Assembly (NCBI GenBank): GCA_951406725.2
Contig: OX597835.1
Coordinates: 26,164,001 to 26,228,000 of the forward strand
Source: Octopus vulgaris
Taxonomy: Eukaryota
DNA length: 64,000 nucleotides
Direction: 5' to 3'
Shown here: piece by piece, positions 14,763-27,783 of the stretch
How positions within the stretch are numbered: position 1 is the stretch's first letter
Layout of the letters: each line of letters begins with the position of its first letter
Translations under genes and position numbers: made by a program
Notes under the pieces: model-generated
The model's database searches: none
What the model saw: only the letters and a program-made list of their open reading frames with translations
Told to the model about the DNA's origin: nothing

Positions 14763-14805
14763 GCATATATATATACACATATATATACATATATATATAT
14801 ATACA

Positions 14806-14845
<40 letters not shown>

Positions 14846-15002
14846 TCAATAATAATAAAGAGTAAAATTAAATAATTAGTAATTAGTAATTTGACCAAGT
14901 AGTATTCAGCATGTTAAAAGAACTATTTTCGGTAAACTTAAACAATATTTTTTAATAATTATGGGTATAATTATAATTAGGATTCAGCAAAAAAGAAAAG
15001 AC

Positions 15003-15898
15003 GTGTGGGGGTCTAGCGTTGTCGTGATGGAATACGATTCCATTACGATTTGTCAATTCCGGCCGTTTTTCTTTGATTGCTTCTTCCAGTTTCATTAGTT
15101 GTTGATAGTAAACATCTGAGTTTATCGTTTGGTTCTTTGGAAGCAGCTCAAAATCACAACACCTTTGTAATCATACCAAATTTCCAGCATGACAATTCAG
15201 CTTTCGATGTGGTTTGTGATGGTTTATTACGCTTGGACTATGATCGTTTTCGAGTGATGTTATTGAAGACAATCCATGTTTCATCAACAGCGATGATTCT
15301 TTTCAAAACAGTTGAATTTCATTGCGTTTAAGATGCATATCGCAAATATTAATTAACTGTGTTAAACGAATCTCTTTCAATTTATGTGGAACCCAAATGT
15401 CGAGCTTCTTAACGAGTCCAAGTGATTTTCAGTTGTTGTGTGAGATACATTTAACCACTCTGTAATCTCTCGCATCGTTATATGACAATCAGATTCAATT
15501 ATGGCTTTGATTCGGTCATCATCAACTTCAGTAGGTCGGCCAGAATTTTGGTTATTTTTAAGTGAAAAATCTCCCGAACGGAAATTTTTAAACCGCTTCT
15601 GATATATACGTTCTGTTAACCCCATAAACTTCACATATCTCTTTGTGAGCCTCATCAGCTTTCTTTCTTTTACGGAAGCAACATAGCAAATTATGTTTAA
15701 AATGTTTGTTTTTGGACTCTATTGACACTGAACGAACAGATGTAAGCAAAATTACGCGTAATTCGCTTTTAAAGCAAGCTAAAAGTAACGGATATCGAAT
15801 GCCAAAAAGAAAGAAATCATAACATTGACAGAGATCTTTAAAAAATCGTAACTCTGTCTATTTACGGAAAACGAAATTACTCCCTTGCCAACCCAATA
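15003..15898 (-). mobile_element. Mariner transposon relic (5' TIR + transposase pseudogene)
   Basis: TIR-like tattgggttggcaa at 15898; EAHKEICEVYG, FRSGDFSL..SGRPTEVDDD, WVPHKL, DETWI, FHHDNARP. Confidence 0.88.
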
Positions 15899-15988
15899 TT
15901 ATCGTTAAGGTGAAACTGTTGCTAATGTAAAAAGAAATGGAATGGTGAAACTACTTCTTCATTTTATGAAAAAAGCATAACAGCAACA

Positions 15989-16021
<33 letters not shown>

Positions 16022-16079
16022 GACATATATATTGTATATAGGCTCGTGGGTAAGGCCAATGCAATGCATATATATATAC

Positions 16080-16124
<45 letters not shown>

Positions 16125-17054
16125 ATGAAACCAGGAAAATACAAGCGCATACTCACACATCACACACAAAAATACAAACACATACACATATATATTCATA
16201 TATGCATATCGATGTGTGTGTGTGTGTGTGTGTGTGTGTGCTTGCATATGTGTGTGCTTATGTATAAATGGGTGCACCTGTGTCAGTGCTGAAGAACATA
16301 ACGAGAAAAGCACATAAAACAAAAAGTAAAAAAAAAAGAGAATAGATATATAAATACATGCATCAGTGTGATGCACAAAGAAATTGGAAAATGGTTAAGT
16401 GTGACGTTTTGGTTATTGACCTTGTATGGAATAAGGTGTAAAGAAAAGAGAGAAGAGAAGAAACAAAACGAAATAGAAAAAGAAAAGAAAAGTAACTGAA
16501 ATGAAAAAGAAAAAGAAAAAGAACCTGGCATGATGGTAGAAAAGAGAAGCAGAATATCTGAGACGAATGGAGAAAAGAGAAGCGAGTGAACACAGAAGCT
16601 AAAGATAATGAAACGTGTAAGATGTGTCACGGAAAATTGTAAAGACGAACAATCAAGTTCCGAAGTCTGTTCAAGAAGGTAATGTAATTGTATAGTGATT
16701 CCAGGTGTAGGAAACTGCAATCCAAGCAGCGAGGGACTCCGAGCATTCAGGTATTCCAATAATGTAAGGAATTCTGTGGCCTGTTCTTCCTTTGCTTGTA
16801 AATTGTACAATGATACGATATACTTTATAACGAAGATTAGTAATACAAACTTGGAAAATAATTCATTTAGTCACTAAAATGTAATATTATTCTATGATAC
16901 TGGCGGCGAAACAATGGAAATCTTATGGATATCAACTGGTGAAATAAATATTTTCATCTCATACTTCCTGACTTTATATTATACTATGCTGATATTATAT
17001 TATATTACACACACACGCACGCGCGCATAATACATACATGTATATATTCATATA

Positions 17055-17933
<879 letters not shown>

Positions 17934-19176
17934 TCAACGAGGAGTTTGCATATTAAGTTGTGTTTGGAATTTTTCAATAAAGAGATTCTCCTTGTTAATT
18001 CTCTCCTGTGTGGTGATCCCGTCTTTACATTGGTAGAAGGGGAATATATAGAATTTGGGGTTTAAGTCTTTAGTACATGAGTCTAAGTGGTCACTCAGTG
18101 GAATTTGTCGGTATTCCGGGAGATTTATTTGTTCTTTATGCACCGTTACTCGTTTACGTAACGGGAGACTCGTTTGTCCCACATAATTATGTTGGCAACC
18201 AGCGCATGTGAGAACGTAGATAAGGTTCTCGGAGGAACAGGAGAAGTTAGTCTTGATTTTAAACTTCGTACCTTGTTTGAAGGTAAATTCAGAGCCTTCA
18301 AGTAGAAAGGGGCAGGTACCACAGTTTGAGCGTGCACATTTTTTTACTGTTGGGGGTGGATGTGGTGTGTGAAGTTTGGCATTTGTCAAGAGTTTTTTTA
18401 AAGATTTGTGTTGCCTTTTGCATTTGAGGATTTTGTGTGTATTTATGTTTTTCATTTTTGGGTCTGTTGACAGTAGACTGAGGTTTTGTATGATTGTGGT
18501 GTATGCTTCGATATTTTTGGGGTTGTGGGTGGAAATGTATGGAAGTATTTTGAGGTTGTGTGTGGTGTTAGGTTGGGTGGTTATCAGTGTAGTGTTGTCT
18601 AGTTCTTTGGCGCGTTTTATTCCATACTCTATAAGGGTGGAGGGATATTGACGTTGTAATAGTGTTTTTTTGAGGTCTTGAAGGCGTATTTCTCGTGTTT
18701 TTGGATCCGAGACAATGGTGCATACCCTTTTAGCTAAATTGAAAGGGATATTTGTCTTGGTGTGTTTTGGGTGGCATGAACTAAAGAGGAGGTATTGTTG
18801 TGAGTCTGTAGGTTTGTGGTAGATGTCTGTTATGATTTGGTTCTTAGGTGTTTTTATAATTAGGAGATCAAGGAATGGGAGATGATGTTTGCTTAATTCC
18901 ATAGTGAATTGGATGTTGGGATGTATGTTGTTTAGTATGGTTTTGAATTCCAGGAGTTTTTCATAAGGTTCTTTCCATATGATGAAACAATCATCTAAAT
19001 ACCTTTTCCAGTTTTCCATTAGGTAGGTGTGGAAAACATGTCCAAATTTCTGGCTTGATATTTCATAGAGTGACAGTTCGAAGTAACCCATTATGAGGTT
19101 CGCAAGGACTGGTGCAGCCTTGGTACCCATCGCAATGCCACATTTTTGACGGTAGTGTGTGTCGTCGAAGAGAAAA
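17934..19176 (-). CDS. Neptune-type Penelope-like element, 5'-truncated RT + GIY-YIG
   Basis: RQKCGIAMGTKAAP, WKRYLDDCF, LPFLDL, YHKPTD..YL..SCHP, CARSNCGTC linker, LIYVLTCAGCQHNYVGQT..LRKR. The frame is open for about 410 aa. Confidence 0.92.
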
Positions 19177-19322
19177 AAATCGTAACTCTATCTATTTACG
19201 GAAAACGAAATTACTCCCTTGCCAACCCAATATTATCGTTAAGGTGAAACTGTTGCTAATGTAAAAAGAAATGGAATGGTGTAACTACTTCTTCATTTTA
19301 TGAAAAAAGAATAACAGCAACA

Positions 19323-19414
<92 letters not shown>

Positions 19415-19653
19415 TGTATATAGGCTCGTGGGTAAGGCTCACAAAGAGATATGCGAAGTTTATGGGGTTAACGGAACGCACATATCAGAAGCGGTTTAAA
19501 ATATTCCGTTCGGGAGATTTTTCACTTAAAAATAACCAAAATTCTGGCCGACCTACTGAAGTTGATGATGACCGAATCAAAGCCATAATTGAATCTGATT
19601 GTCATATAACTGTACGAGAGATTGCAGAGTGGTTAAATGTATCTCACACAACA
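19175..19653. repeat. Rearranged local duplication of 15840-16056 (direct) and 15434-15652 (inverted)
   Basis: Direct sequence match; the two pieces are joined through aggc microhomology at 19435-19438. Confidence 0.85.
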
Positions 19654-19654
19654 C

Positions 19655-20215
19655 TTTTTTTCATGTTTGTTGCACACACACGTCTTTACTAGTATATACG
19701 CAGTGAAGCTATACAATAGCGTCGTATTTATTACGATCGCTATTTTCCAGTAAATATCGGTACTTCGTTGTACCATTTATTTACTTTTATATGTATAATT
19801 TTACCCTTACGGGTTATCTTTTACTGGAAAGCAATACTTTCGTATTGCATTACTATTTTTCATTGAAACTTCTTCACTGTTCTCGTTCTGTTAACATTTT
19901 GGCGTTCAGACGAGTGTACTGGCATAGATGTGGCAACATTTGAAATTTTGTCTAGGTATATGCAGCGGATGAGGAAAAATCAAATGTACGTTGTCAAATG
20001 TATTTGAAGAGTCTGAGACCGGTCCTGCATTATCCGTTTCTAGGTTTTTTATTTTTCAGGTGTTCTTCCTAGAGGCAAGACAAATTTTTTTCATGTTTGT
20101 TGCACACACACGTCTTTGCTAGTATATACGCAGTGAAGCTATACAATAGCGTCGTATTTATTACGATCGCTATTTTCCAGTAAATATCGGTACTTCGTTG
20201 TACCATTTATTTACT

Positions 20216-20226
<11 letters not shown>
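19655..20226 (+). repeat. ~140-bp direct repeat pair (19655-19795, 20085-20226)
   Basis: ttttttcatgtttgttgcacacacacgtcttt..gtaccatttatttactttt occurs twice, nearly identical. Confidence 0.85.
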
Positions 20227-20304
<78 letters not shown>

Positions 20305-20310
20305 TGCATA

Positions 20311-21360
20311 TACAGGCAATGATGGGTAAATTGTCGCCACTTTATAATATTTTTTATTTCGCACATGTGCATTGTTTGTTTTTGTCGACTACAGAGCATA
20401 GTAGGGTCAACTGGGCACCGTCTGTGAGACAAACAGCACTGTGACACAATTCACTCTGCTAGAACTTTGGAAACGACATGCTGTACTGATTGGCGTTCGT
20501 GGGGGAAGCTCCATTACGAACATTTCAGAGTGTTTAGATGTCAATGAGGGCATGGTGTTTGGAGGGATCACTAGTGATGGCGAAGATATGCCTCCATTCA
20601 GCTTCTCACACGGTCTCAGACTCAACACAGAATCTACCCTGGGTCAAGAGGATGGCTTCTGGAAGACCCTATGTCTAGCAACAGGACTCTGCACCATACC
20701 ACACAAGCAGGAGAACCCAGCCATGGCTATTTTTTTACTACCCACAAGGGGCTAAACACAGAGAGGACAATCAAGGACAGACAAACGGATTAAGTCGCTT
20801 ATATCGATCCCAGTGCGTAACTGGTACTTATTTAATCGACCCCGAAAGGATGAAAGGCAAAGTCGACCTCGGCGGAATTTGAACTCAGAACGTATCGGCA
20901 GACGAAATACGGCTACGCATTTCGCCCGGCGTGCTAAAGTTTCTGCCAGCTCGCCGTCTGTCAGACAAAATCTGCGACCACATCACCCACATATCTCCCC
21001 AGAGTTAGGTGGGATGTATGGTCACCTAACTTATCTGACACATCTGGCCACCTAACTCCTCAGACTGCAACCCCTTTGATTATTATGTGTGGGATGTTGT
21101 TGGACAAGAAACCAACAAGATTCCTTGTAACACTAAAAATGAACTGAAGGCAATGATTATGGCAGCATTTACCAACTTAAATATGGAGACTGTCTAAATG
21201 AGTCACAGAAGATTCCGAGGTCGTCTGGAGGCCGTGGTTGAAGTCAATAGTAATTTTATTGAATAAATATATATTTGGTAAATATATCTGTTAAAATGAG
21301 ATGTCAGTGTCGTTTTCATTTATGCTTAATTTAGACAATAGTTTATTCACCACACCCTGT
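20311..21360 (+). mobile_element. Internally deleted Tc1/mariner-superfamily element (DDxD, maT-like) with nested SINE
   Basis: tacagg.. / ..caccctgt ends; KRHAVLIGVRGG, MVFGGITSDG..MPPF, QQDSAPYHTSRRTQ, IWPPNSSDCNPFDYYVW, RFRGRLEAVVE. Confidence 0.8.
20730..20955 (-). mobile_element. SINE family A nested in the Tc1/mariner element
   Basis: Reverse complement of the family A consensus, interrupting the transposase between TQPWL and SDKI. Confidence 0.85.
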
Positions 21361-21564
21361 GTGTGTGTGTATATATACGTATATGTATACACACACACAC
21401 ACACACACACATATGATGAACGTAAACAAGCAAACGTAGTTTGGTTTAGAACCGTTGAGATGTCTTAGAAAGTTAAAGAAGTGATTTTAAATTCTCAAAC
21501 GCAGGATAAAGCTAATAATATAGTCTGAATCAGGATAAGCTACCCCTATTTTACAGATAAAGAA

Positions 21565-21750
<186 letters not shown>

Positions 21751-21943
21751 CATAATAAATAACATTAGGGTAATAAGAATTATATAAATTATTATTACAA
21801 GTGGCCAATACAAAAAAGGATTATTTAATATTCTGTTGTGTCTTGGGAGAGTCATTCTCTTTTAGTGCCTTATAGACTATATTATAGACTATATTATTCG
21901 CATAGAAATGATGCTTACATGTACACGATATTTCTATGTGAAT

Positions 21944-22036
<93 letters not shown>

Positions 22037-22251
22037 ATATATATATATTACATCCACTTTAAGTCGAAAGTCAACAAAGAATATTTGCTTTAGAAGCGTT
22101 GAGATGTATTGAAAGATGCAAATAAAGAATTTAATTCTTAAGAGCATGATAATGTTAATAATATAGTATGACCAGGGTAAGCTATCCATATTTTACAGAA
22201 TTATCCTGTGCTTGAGAATATGCTGATTTCTTTATCTGTGTATATATATAT

Positions 22252-22600
22252 ATTGCAGTTATGAGAGGTAATGGTGTCAAGAAGACCCAAAGGTGTCTGG
22301 TAATGCTGAGTAAGTGCTATGGACAGATTATATCCTCTGATGAAGGGATATATAAGATATCCCGAAAACAGCTGTAAGACCTCTTTATAAATATTCTGAA
22401 ATCCTTCTCAGCCTTGGATTTTTATCTCATTCTCTTAATTTTTTTATATATATGCATGCTAATATATGACCTGCGTTGTACTCTCCATTCTCATAATCAC
22501 CGAACCTGGAGCTTAACTATAGTCTGTCCATAGCACTTATTCAGCATTACCTGATACCTTTGGGTCTTCTTGACATCATTACCTCTCATAACTTCAATAT
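22252..22600. mobile_element. Small PLE-derived element with ~80-bp terminal inverted repeats and a hammerhead motif
   Basis: 22252-22332 is the reverse complement of ~22518-22600, with a few mismatches; microsatellites flank both sides. Confidence 0.7.
22332..22380 (+). ncRNA. Hammerhead ribozyme motif, canonical core, weak stem I
   Basis: CTGATGA-a-gggatat(ataag)atatccc-GAAA-acagctgt-A: 7-bp stem II and palindromic stem III; stem I has only about 2 bp. Confidence 0.6.
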
Positions 22601-22618
22601 ATACATACATACATGCAT

Positions 22619-22701
<83 letters not shown>

Positions 22702-22714
22702 CATATATATATAT

Positions 22715-22985
22715 GGAGGCACATAGTGGTTAGAGCAGCGGATTCGCGGGTTCCAATCTCAGACCGGGCGATGTGTGTGTTTATGAGCAAAACACCTAAA
22801 ATCCACGCGGCTCCAGCAGAAGGTAATGGCGAACTTGTGCTGACTCTTTTGCCACAACTTTCTCTCTGTCTTTCCTCCTGCATCTTGCAGCTCACCTGCG
22901 ACGGACCAGCGTCCCGTACAGGTGGGGAACCTACACGCCAAGGAAACAGGGAAACCGGCCCTTATGAGCCAGGCATGGCTCGAGA
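22715..22985 (+). mobile_element. SINE family B variant (also ~26970-27300 - and ~29350-29650 -)
   Basis: ggaggc..agtggttagagcagcgga.tcgcgg..agaccgggcg..aaaacacctaaa..ccacg.ggctcc. Confidence 0.8.
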
Positions 22986-23017
22986 ATAAACAAACAAAAC
23001 AAAAGAATATATTCATA

Positions 23018-23420
23018 TACTCTTTACTCTTTTACTTGTTTCAGTCATTTGACTGCGGCCATGCTGGAGCACCGCCTTTAGTCGAGCAAATCGACCCCGG
23101 AACTTATTCTTTGTAAGCCCAGTACTTATTCTATCGGTCTCTTTTGCCGAACCGCTAAGTGACGGGGACGTAAACACAGCAGCATCGGTTGTCAAGCAAT
23201 GCTAGGGGGACAAACACAGACACACAAACATATACACACACACTTATATATATATACATATATACAACAGGCTTCTTTCAGTTTCCGTATACCAAATCCA
23301 CTCACAAGGCATTGGTCGGCCCGGGGCTATAGCAGAAGACACTTGCCCAAGATGCCACGCAGTGGGACTGAACCCGGAACCATGTGGTTGGTTAGCAAGC
23401 TACTTACCACACAGCCACAC
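23018..23420 (-). mobile_element. SINE family C
   Basis: Near full-length reverse copy. Confidence 0.87.
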
Positions 23421-23844
23421 ATGTACATTATAATTTAAAGGCTTCCAGTTCCTCGCTGCACGTTCCAGATCGACAGGTGGTAGATCGATCCTGAATATTT
23501 TTTGAAATATGAAATGACAGTTTTTATGTAAACGCTGAGTCATGTTTTTTTTTCGCTTTCATACACGGTGTTAATAGTTTGAACAAAAGAAACTGACGAT
23601 TGTAGTCATGTATGCATGCATGTCTGTATCTTTTATACAATACAAATCTCCTTGAATTTGATTCTGTCTCTGAGATAAAAGAAAACTTTTTTGAAATGTC
23701 TAATCAATAGCTTTTACTGGTAGATCTTAATAGGTGTGTGCGTGTCTGTATGTAAGTATTATTCAATAGTATTATCTATTCAAGAATAAAAACTCTTTAT
23801 TTGTATTGACTTCTATAATCTATTGCTTAGCAGCATATTGTCTG

Positions 23845-24410
23845 TCTTCTCATTCTGAGTTCAAATTCCACTGAGGTCGACTATATTTTTCATCTTTTCG
23901 GGGTCGATTAAGAAAGTACCAGCTAAGCGCTGGGAACGAGGTAATTCTTTTCTACTCTAAGCACAAAGCCCGAAATTTTGGGGGAGGGAACCAGTCGATT
24001 AGATCGAGCCCAGTACGCATATGGTACTTAATTTATTGACCTCGAAAGAATGAAAGGCAAAGTCGACTTCGGCGGAATTTGAACTCAGAGCATAAAGACA
24101 GACGAAATAAATACCTATTTTTTTACTACCCACAAGGGGCTAAACACAGAGAGGACAAACAAGGACAGACAAACGGATTAAGTCGATTATATCGACTCCA
24201 GTGCGTAACTGGTACTTATTTAATCGACCGCGACAGGACGAAAGGCAAAGTCGACCTTGGCGGAATTTGAACTCAGAACGTAACGGCAGACGAAATACAG
24301 CTACGTATTTCGCCCGGCGTGCTGACGGTTCTGCCAGCTCGCCGCCTTTGGGAACGAGGTAACTGACTAAGCCCTTTCTCCAAACTTGCTGGTCTTGTGC
24401 AAAAGATAAA
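23845..24410. mobile_element. Family A SINE (+) interrupted by a full dimeric family A SINE (-, 23945-24346)
   Basis: TSD tgggaacgaggtaa at 23931-23944 and 24349-24362. Confidence 0.85.
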
Positions 24411-24738
24411 AACTAATGTTCAGCATTAGGCAAAGAAATAAGAGTAGACGTTTACATGATGGTGGTGGTGGCGGTGGGATTAAAACGTTTCAATTGATCC
24501 AACTGGAAGATAAAAGATGAAGGTGTTGAGGGTGGGATACTTTTATCGCCTCAAAATGGGGGAGGGATGTGTTTCGTGGCTATGCTCTCTTTACCAGGCT
24601 TTTTGAAGGCTAAGTAGAAGAGGGTGAGTGAAGGAATGTCGGATTTATCATCAAATCAAAGACTTAAACCTAGCAATTACAAGAGAGTGGACTTAAATGA
24701 AAGTGCTCAATGTGCCGTAAATACATGCGCGCACATAC

Positions 24739-24780
<42 letters not shown>

Positions 24781-24807
24781 TTAAATACATATGTATGTAT
24801 GTATATA

Positions 24808-24848
<41 letters not shown>

Positions 24849-24864
24849 ATATTTATAAGATAGT

Positions 24865-25130
24865 GGTTTTAGCGAGGAAATAACCTACACACCTGTTATT
24901 AGTCAAGTAACAAAGAAAAGGAAAACTAGGAATGGGAAAATTATCTGGTTCACACCACCTTACTCACCTGAAGTGACCTTTAATATAGGTAGATATTTCT
25001 TATCACTTATAGATAGGCATTTTCCAATCAATCATAATTATAGGAAGCTCTTTAGCAGGCACAACTCAAAAATTAGTTTTAGTTCTACTACTAACTTCAA
25101 AAATATAATTGCACACAAAAACAATAAAAT
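24865..25130 (+). pseudogene. PLE ORF fragment (post-RT region)
   Basis: KIIWFTPPYSPEVTFNIGRYFLSLIDRHFP..YRKLFSRHNSKISFS..NFKNII resembles the WFNPPYS..NIG..FL.LIDKHFP block of PLE proteins. Confidence 0.7.
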
Positions 25131-25282
25131 GAATGTGTGCGTGTACAGATGTGTATATGAGCATAGTGGTGCGTGTATGGGTATATATGCGTACGTATGT
25201 GCGTGTATGCGTTGGCATATATACGTACATATATGTGTGTTTGTATATATATATATATATATATATGTACACGCGTGTGTGA

Positions 25283-25333
<51 letters not shown>

Positions 25334-25459
25334 CATGTGCGTGCGTGTATGCGTACGTGTATGTGAGTGTATATGTGTGCATATGAGAATTCTATGAATG
25401 AAGTATAACTTTCCCCATGCCTATTGGAGTAATTTCCCTTTTTGCATAGCGTTTTGCCT

Positions 25460-25521
25460 TAATAACTGATGAGCTGCCGGGGCAGTCTTCAGCCCGGCCT
25501 CCGAAACTCTGAGTTTCATTA
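25460..25521 (+). ncRNA. Hammerhead ribozyme motif in a PLE pLTR remnant (~25390-25545)
   Basis: taataa-CTGATGA-g..gccggg..cccggc..c-GAA-actc(t)gagt-T-tcatta. The downstream sequence resembles the pLTR end at 63060-63100. Confidence 0.62.
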
Positions 25522-25576
25522 TGACAAACAACTAATTGTCTCACACACACACACGCACACACACACATATGTATAT

Positions 25577-25636
<60 letters not shown>

Positions 25637-25649
25637 GGGTGAGTGAGAG

Positions 25650-25790
25650 GGAGCTGGTGCTGAAAAGTCTCACGCTTGTTGCAGCGGTTCTTCAGTTTTT
25701 CTAAGTCCCTGTAAAAGAACTCCGAAGGTTGGGTCTCTAACCAGGCCTTTCGCGACACCCTTAAAACAGAGAACTTTTCAGTAACACTTC

Positions 25791-25794
<4 letters not shown>
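25650..25794 (-). mobile_element. Miniature mariner deletion derivative
   Basis: TIR-like gtgctgaaaagt / acttttcagtaacacttcgta around [25 protein letters not shown]. Confidence 0.55.
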
Positions 25795-25829
<35 letters not shown>

Positions 25830-25859
25830 ACGAATATATATATATATATATATATATAC

Positions 25860-25943
<84 letters not shown>

Positions 25944-26186
25944 ATATATATTCGTCTGGCTTCCACGCAGTTTCTGTCTACCGAATTTACCCACATAATT
26001 TACCTGTAGTCCGTGTTAATAAAGCAAGATACTTGCGCAAGGTGCCGTGTAATAGGACTGAAACCGAAACCACCTGAGTCCAAAGCGAGATTTATTATTA
26101 CGGAGCAACGCCGTCTACAAAAAGATACTTCCATGAACAAATGATTGATTGAGAGAGGAATACACACACACACACATACACACACA

Positions 26187-26231
<45 letters not shown>

Positions 26232-26399
26232 CATAAGGGACATTAGCCATTTGAATGTGGCTATGGACAGGGCAGGGTGGTGGGGGTGTTACTGATGCAT
26301 TTAGCCCCAGGCGATCATCAACGTCACCAGATAGGCTGACACCATCACGGTGTCCTCTATCCTGCAAAGGGAGATCATTCCCCAAAGAAGCGGATGCCA

Positions 26400-26444
26400 C
26401 ATACGGACCCAGGTTTCAAGGTATTTGCCTATCATCAACGTATG
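26400..26444 (-). ncRNA. Type I hammerhead ribozyme (mirror copy of 26660-26704)
   Basis: Reverse complement of 26660-26704. Confidence 0.72.
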
Positions 26445-26659
26445 GCAGGCACCGCTCCCCGACGAACAACTCTCCGTGGTCCCTAGCCACATTCAAATGG
26501 CTAATGTCCCTTATGTTATGGAGCAGTTATTGTCTATATCTCGTTTAGAGAATTATTATTGCTGTCGAACAGATTTTCGAAATCAGTAAATGTATTTACG
26601 TGAAAATCTATATATAAATATCCTGCACGGAGAGTTGTTCGTCGGGGAGCGGTGCCTGC

Positions 26660-26704
26660 CATACGTTGATGATAGGCAAATACCTTGAAACCTGGGTCCG
26701 TATG
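26660..26704 (+). ncRNA. Type I hammerhead ribozyme, U3-G8 core, GUC cleavage triplet
   Basis: catacg-TTGATGA-tagg(caaata)cctt-GAA-acc(tg)ggt-C-cgtatg. Confidence 0.72.
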
Positions 26705-26916
26705 TGGCATCCGCTTCTTTGGGGAATGATCTCCCTTTGCAGGATAGAGGACACCGTGATGGTGTCAGCCTATCTGGTGACGTTGATGATCGACTGGGGC
26801 TAAATGCATCAGTAACACCCCCACCGCCCTGCCCTGTCCCTAGCCACATTCAAATGGCTAATGTCCCTTATGTTATGGAGCAGTTACTGTCTATATCTCG
26901 TTTAGAGAATTATTAT

Positions 26917-26965
<49 letters not shown>

Positions 26966-27299
26966 TATATCCTGGCACTCCAGTTACGACGACGAGGGTT
27001 CCAGTTGATCCGATCAACGGAACAGCCTGCTCGGGAAATTAACGTGAGCACTCCACAGACACGTGTACCCTTAACGTAGTTTTCGGGGAGATTCAAAGCG
27101 ACACAGTTGAATTACGGGTACAACAGAGACAGGAAGAAAGTGAAAGTTGTGGTGTAAGAGTACAGCATGGTTCTCTCCCCACCCCCACCGGAGCTTTGTT
27201 GGTCTTTAGGTGTTTTCGCTCAATAAACACTCACACCGCCCGGTCTGGGAATCAAAATCACGATCTCACGACCGCGTGCCCGCTGCCCTAACCACTGGG

Positions 27300-27344
<45 letters not shown>

Positions 27345-27347
<3 letters not shown>

Positions 27348-27783
27348 TCTTACTCTTTTACTTGTTTCAGCCATTTGACTGTGGCCATGCTGGAGCACCG
27401 CCTTTAGTCGATCGAGCGAATCGACCCGAGACTTATTCTTTGTAAGCCTAGTACTTATTCTATCGGTCTCTTTTGTCGAACCGCTAAGTTACGGGGACGC
27501 AAACACACCAGCATCGGTTTTCAAGCGATGTTGGGGGGGACAAACACAGACACACAAACAAATACCCTCTCTCTTTCTCTCTTTCTCTCTCTCTCTCTCT
27601 CACACACATATATATACATATATACGACGGCCTTTTTTTCAGTTTTCGTCTACCAAATCCACTCACAAGGCTTTGATCGGCCTGAGGCTATAGTAGAAAG
27701 CACTTGCTCGACGTGCCACGCAGTGGGACTGAACCCGGAACCATGTGGTTGGTAAGCAAGCTACTTAACACACTCCTGCGCCT
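27345..27783 (-). mobile_element. SINE family C
   Basis: Near full-length reverse copy. Confidence 0.87.

Larger units (their letters stand above)
26228..26918. mobile_element. Non-coding hammerhead-bearing element with inverted plus direct partial repeats (PLE pLTR / retrozyme-like)
   Basis: 26228-26478 is the reverse complement of ~26626-26876, and 26479-26561 is a direct copy of ~26836-26918. (TA)n flanks both sides. Confidence 0.8.

Noticed and set aside
16283-16877. 175-aa and 60-aa ORFs
   Set aside because: Partly low-complexity purine tract; no homology or consistent splice signals.
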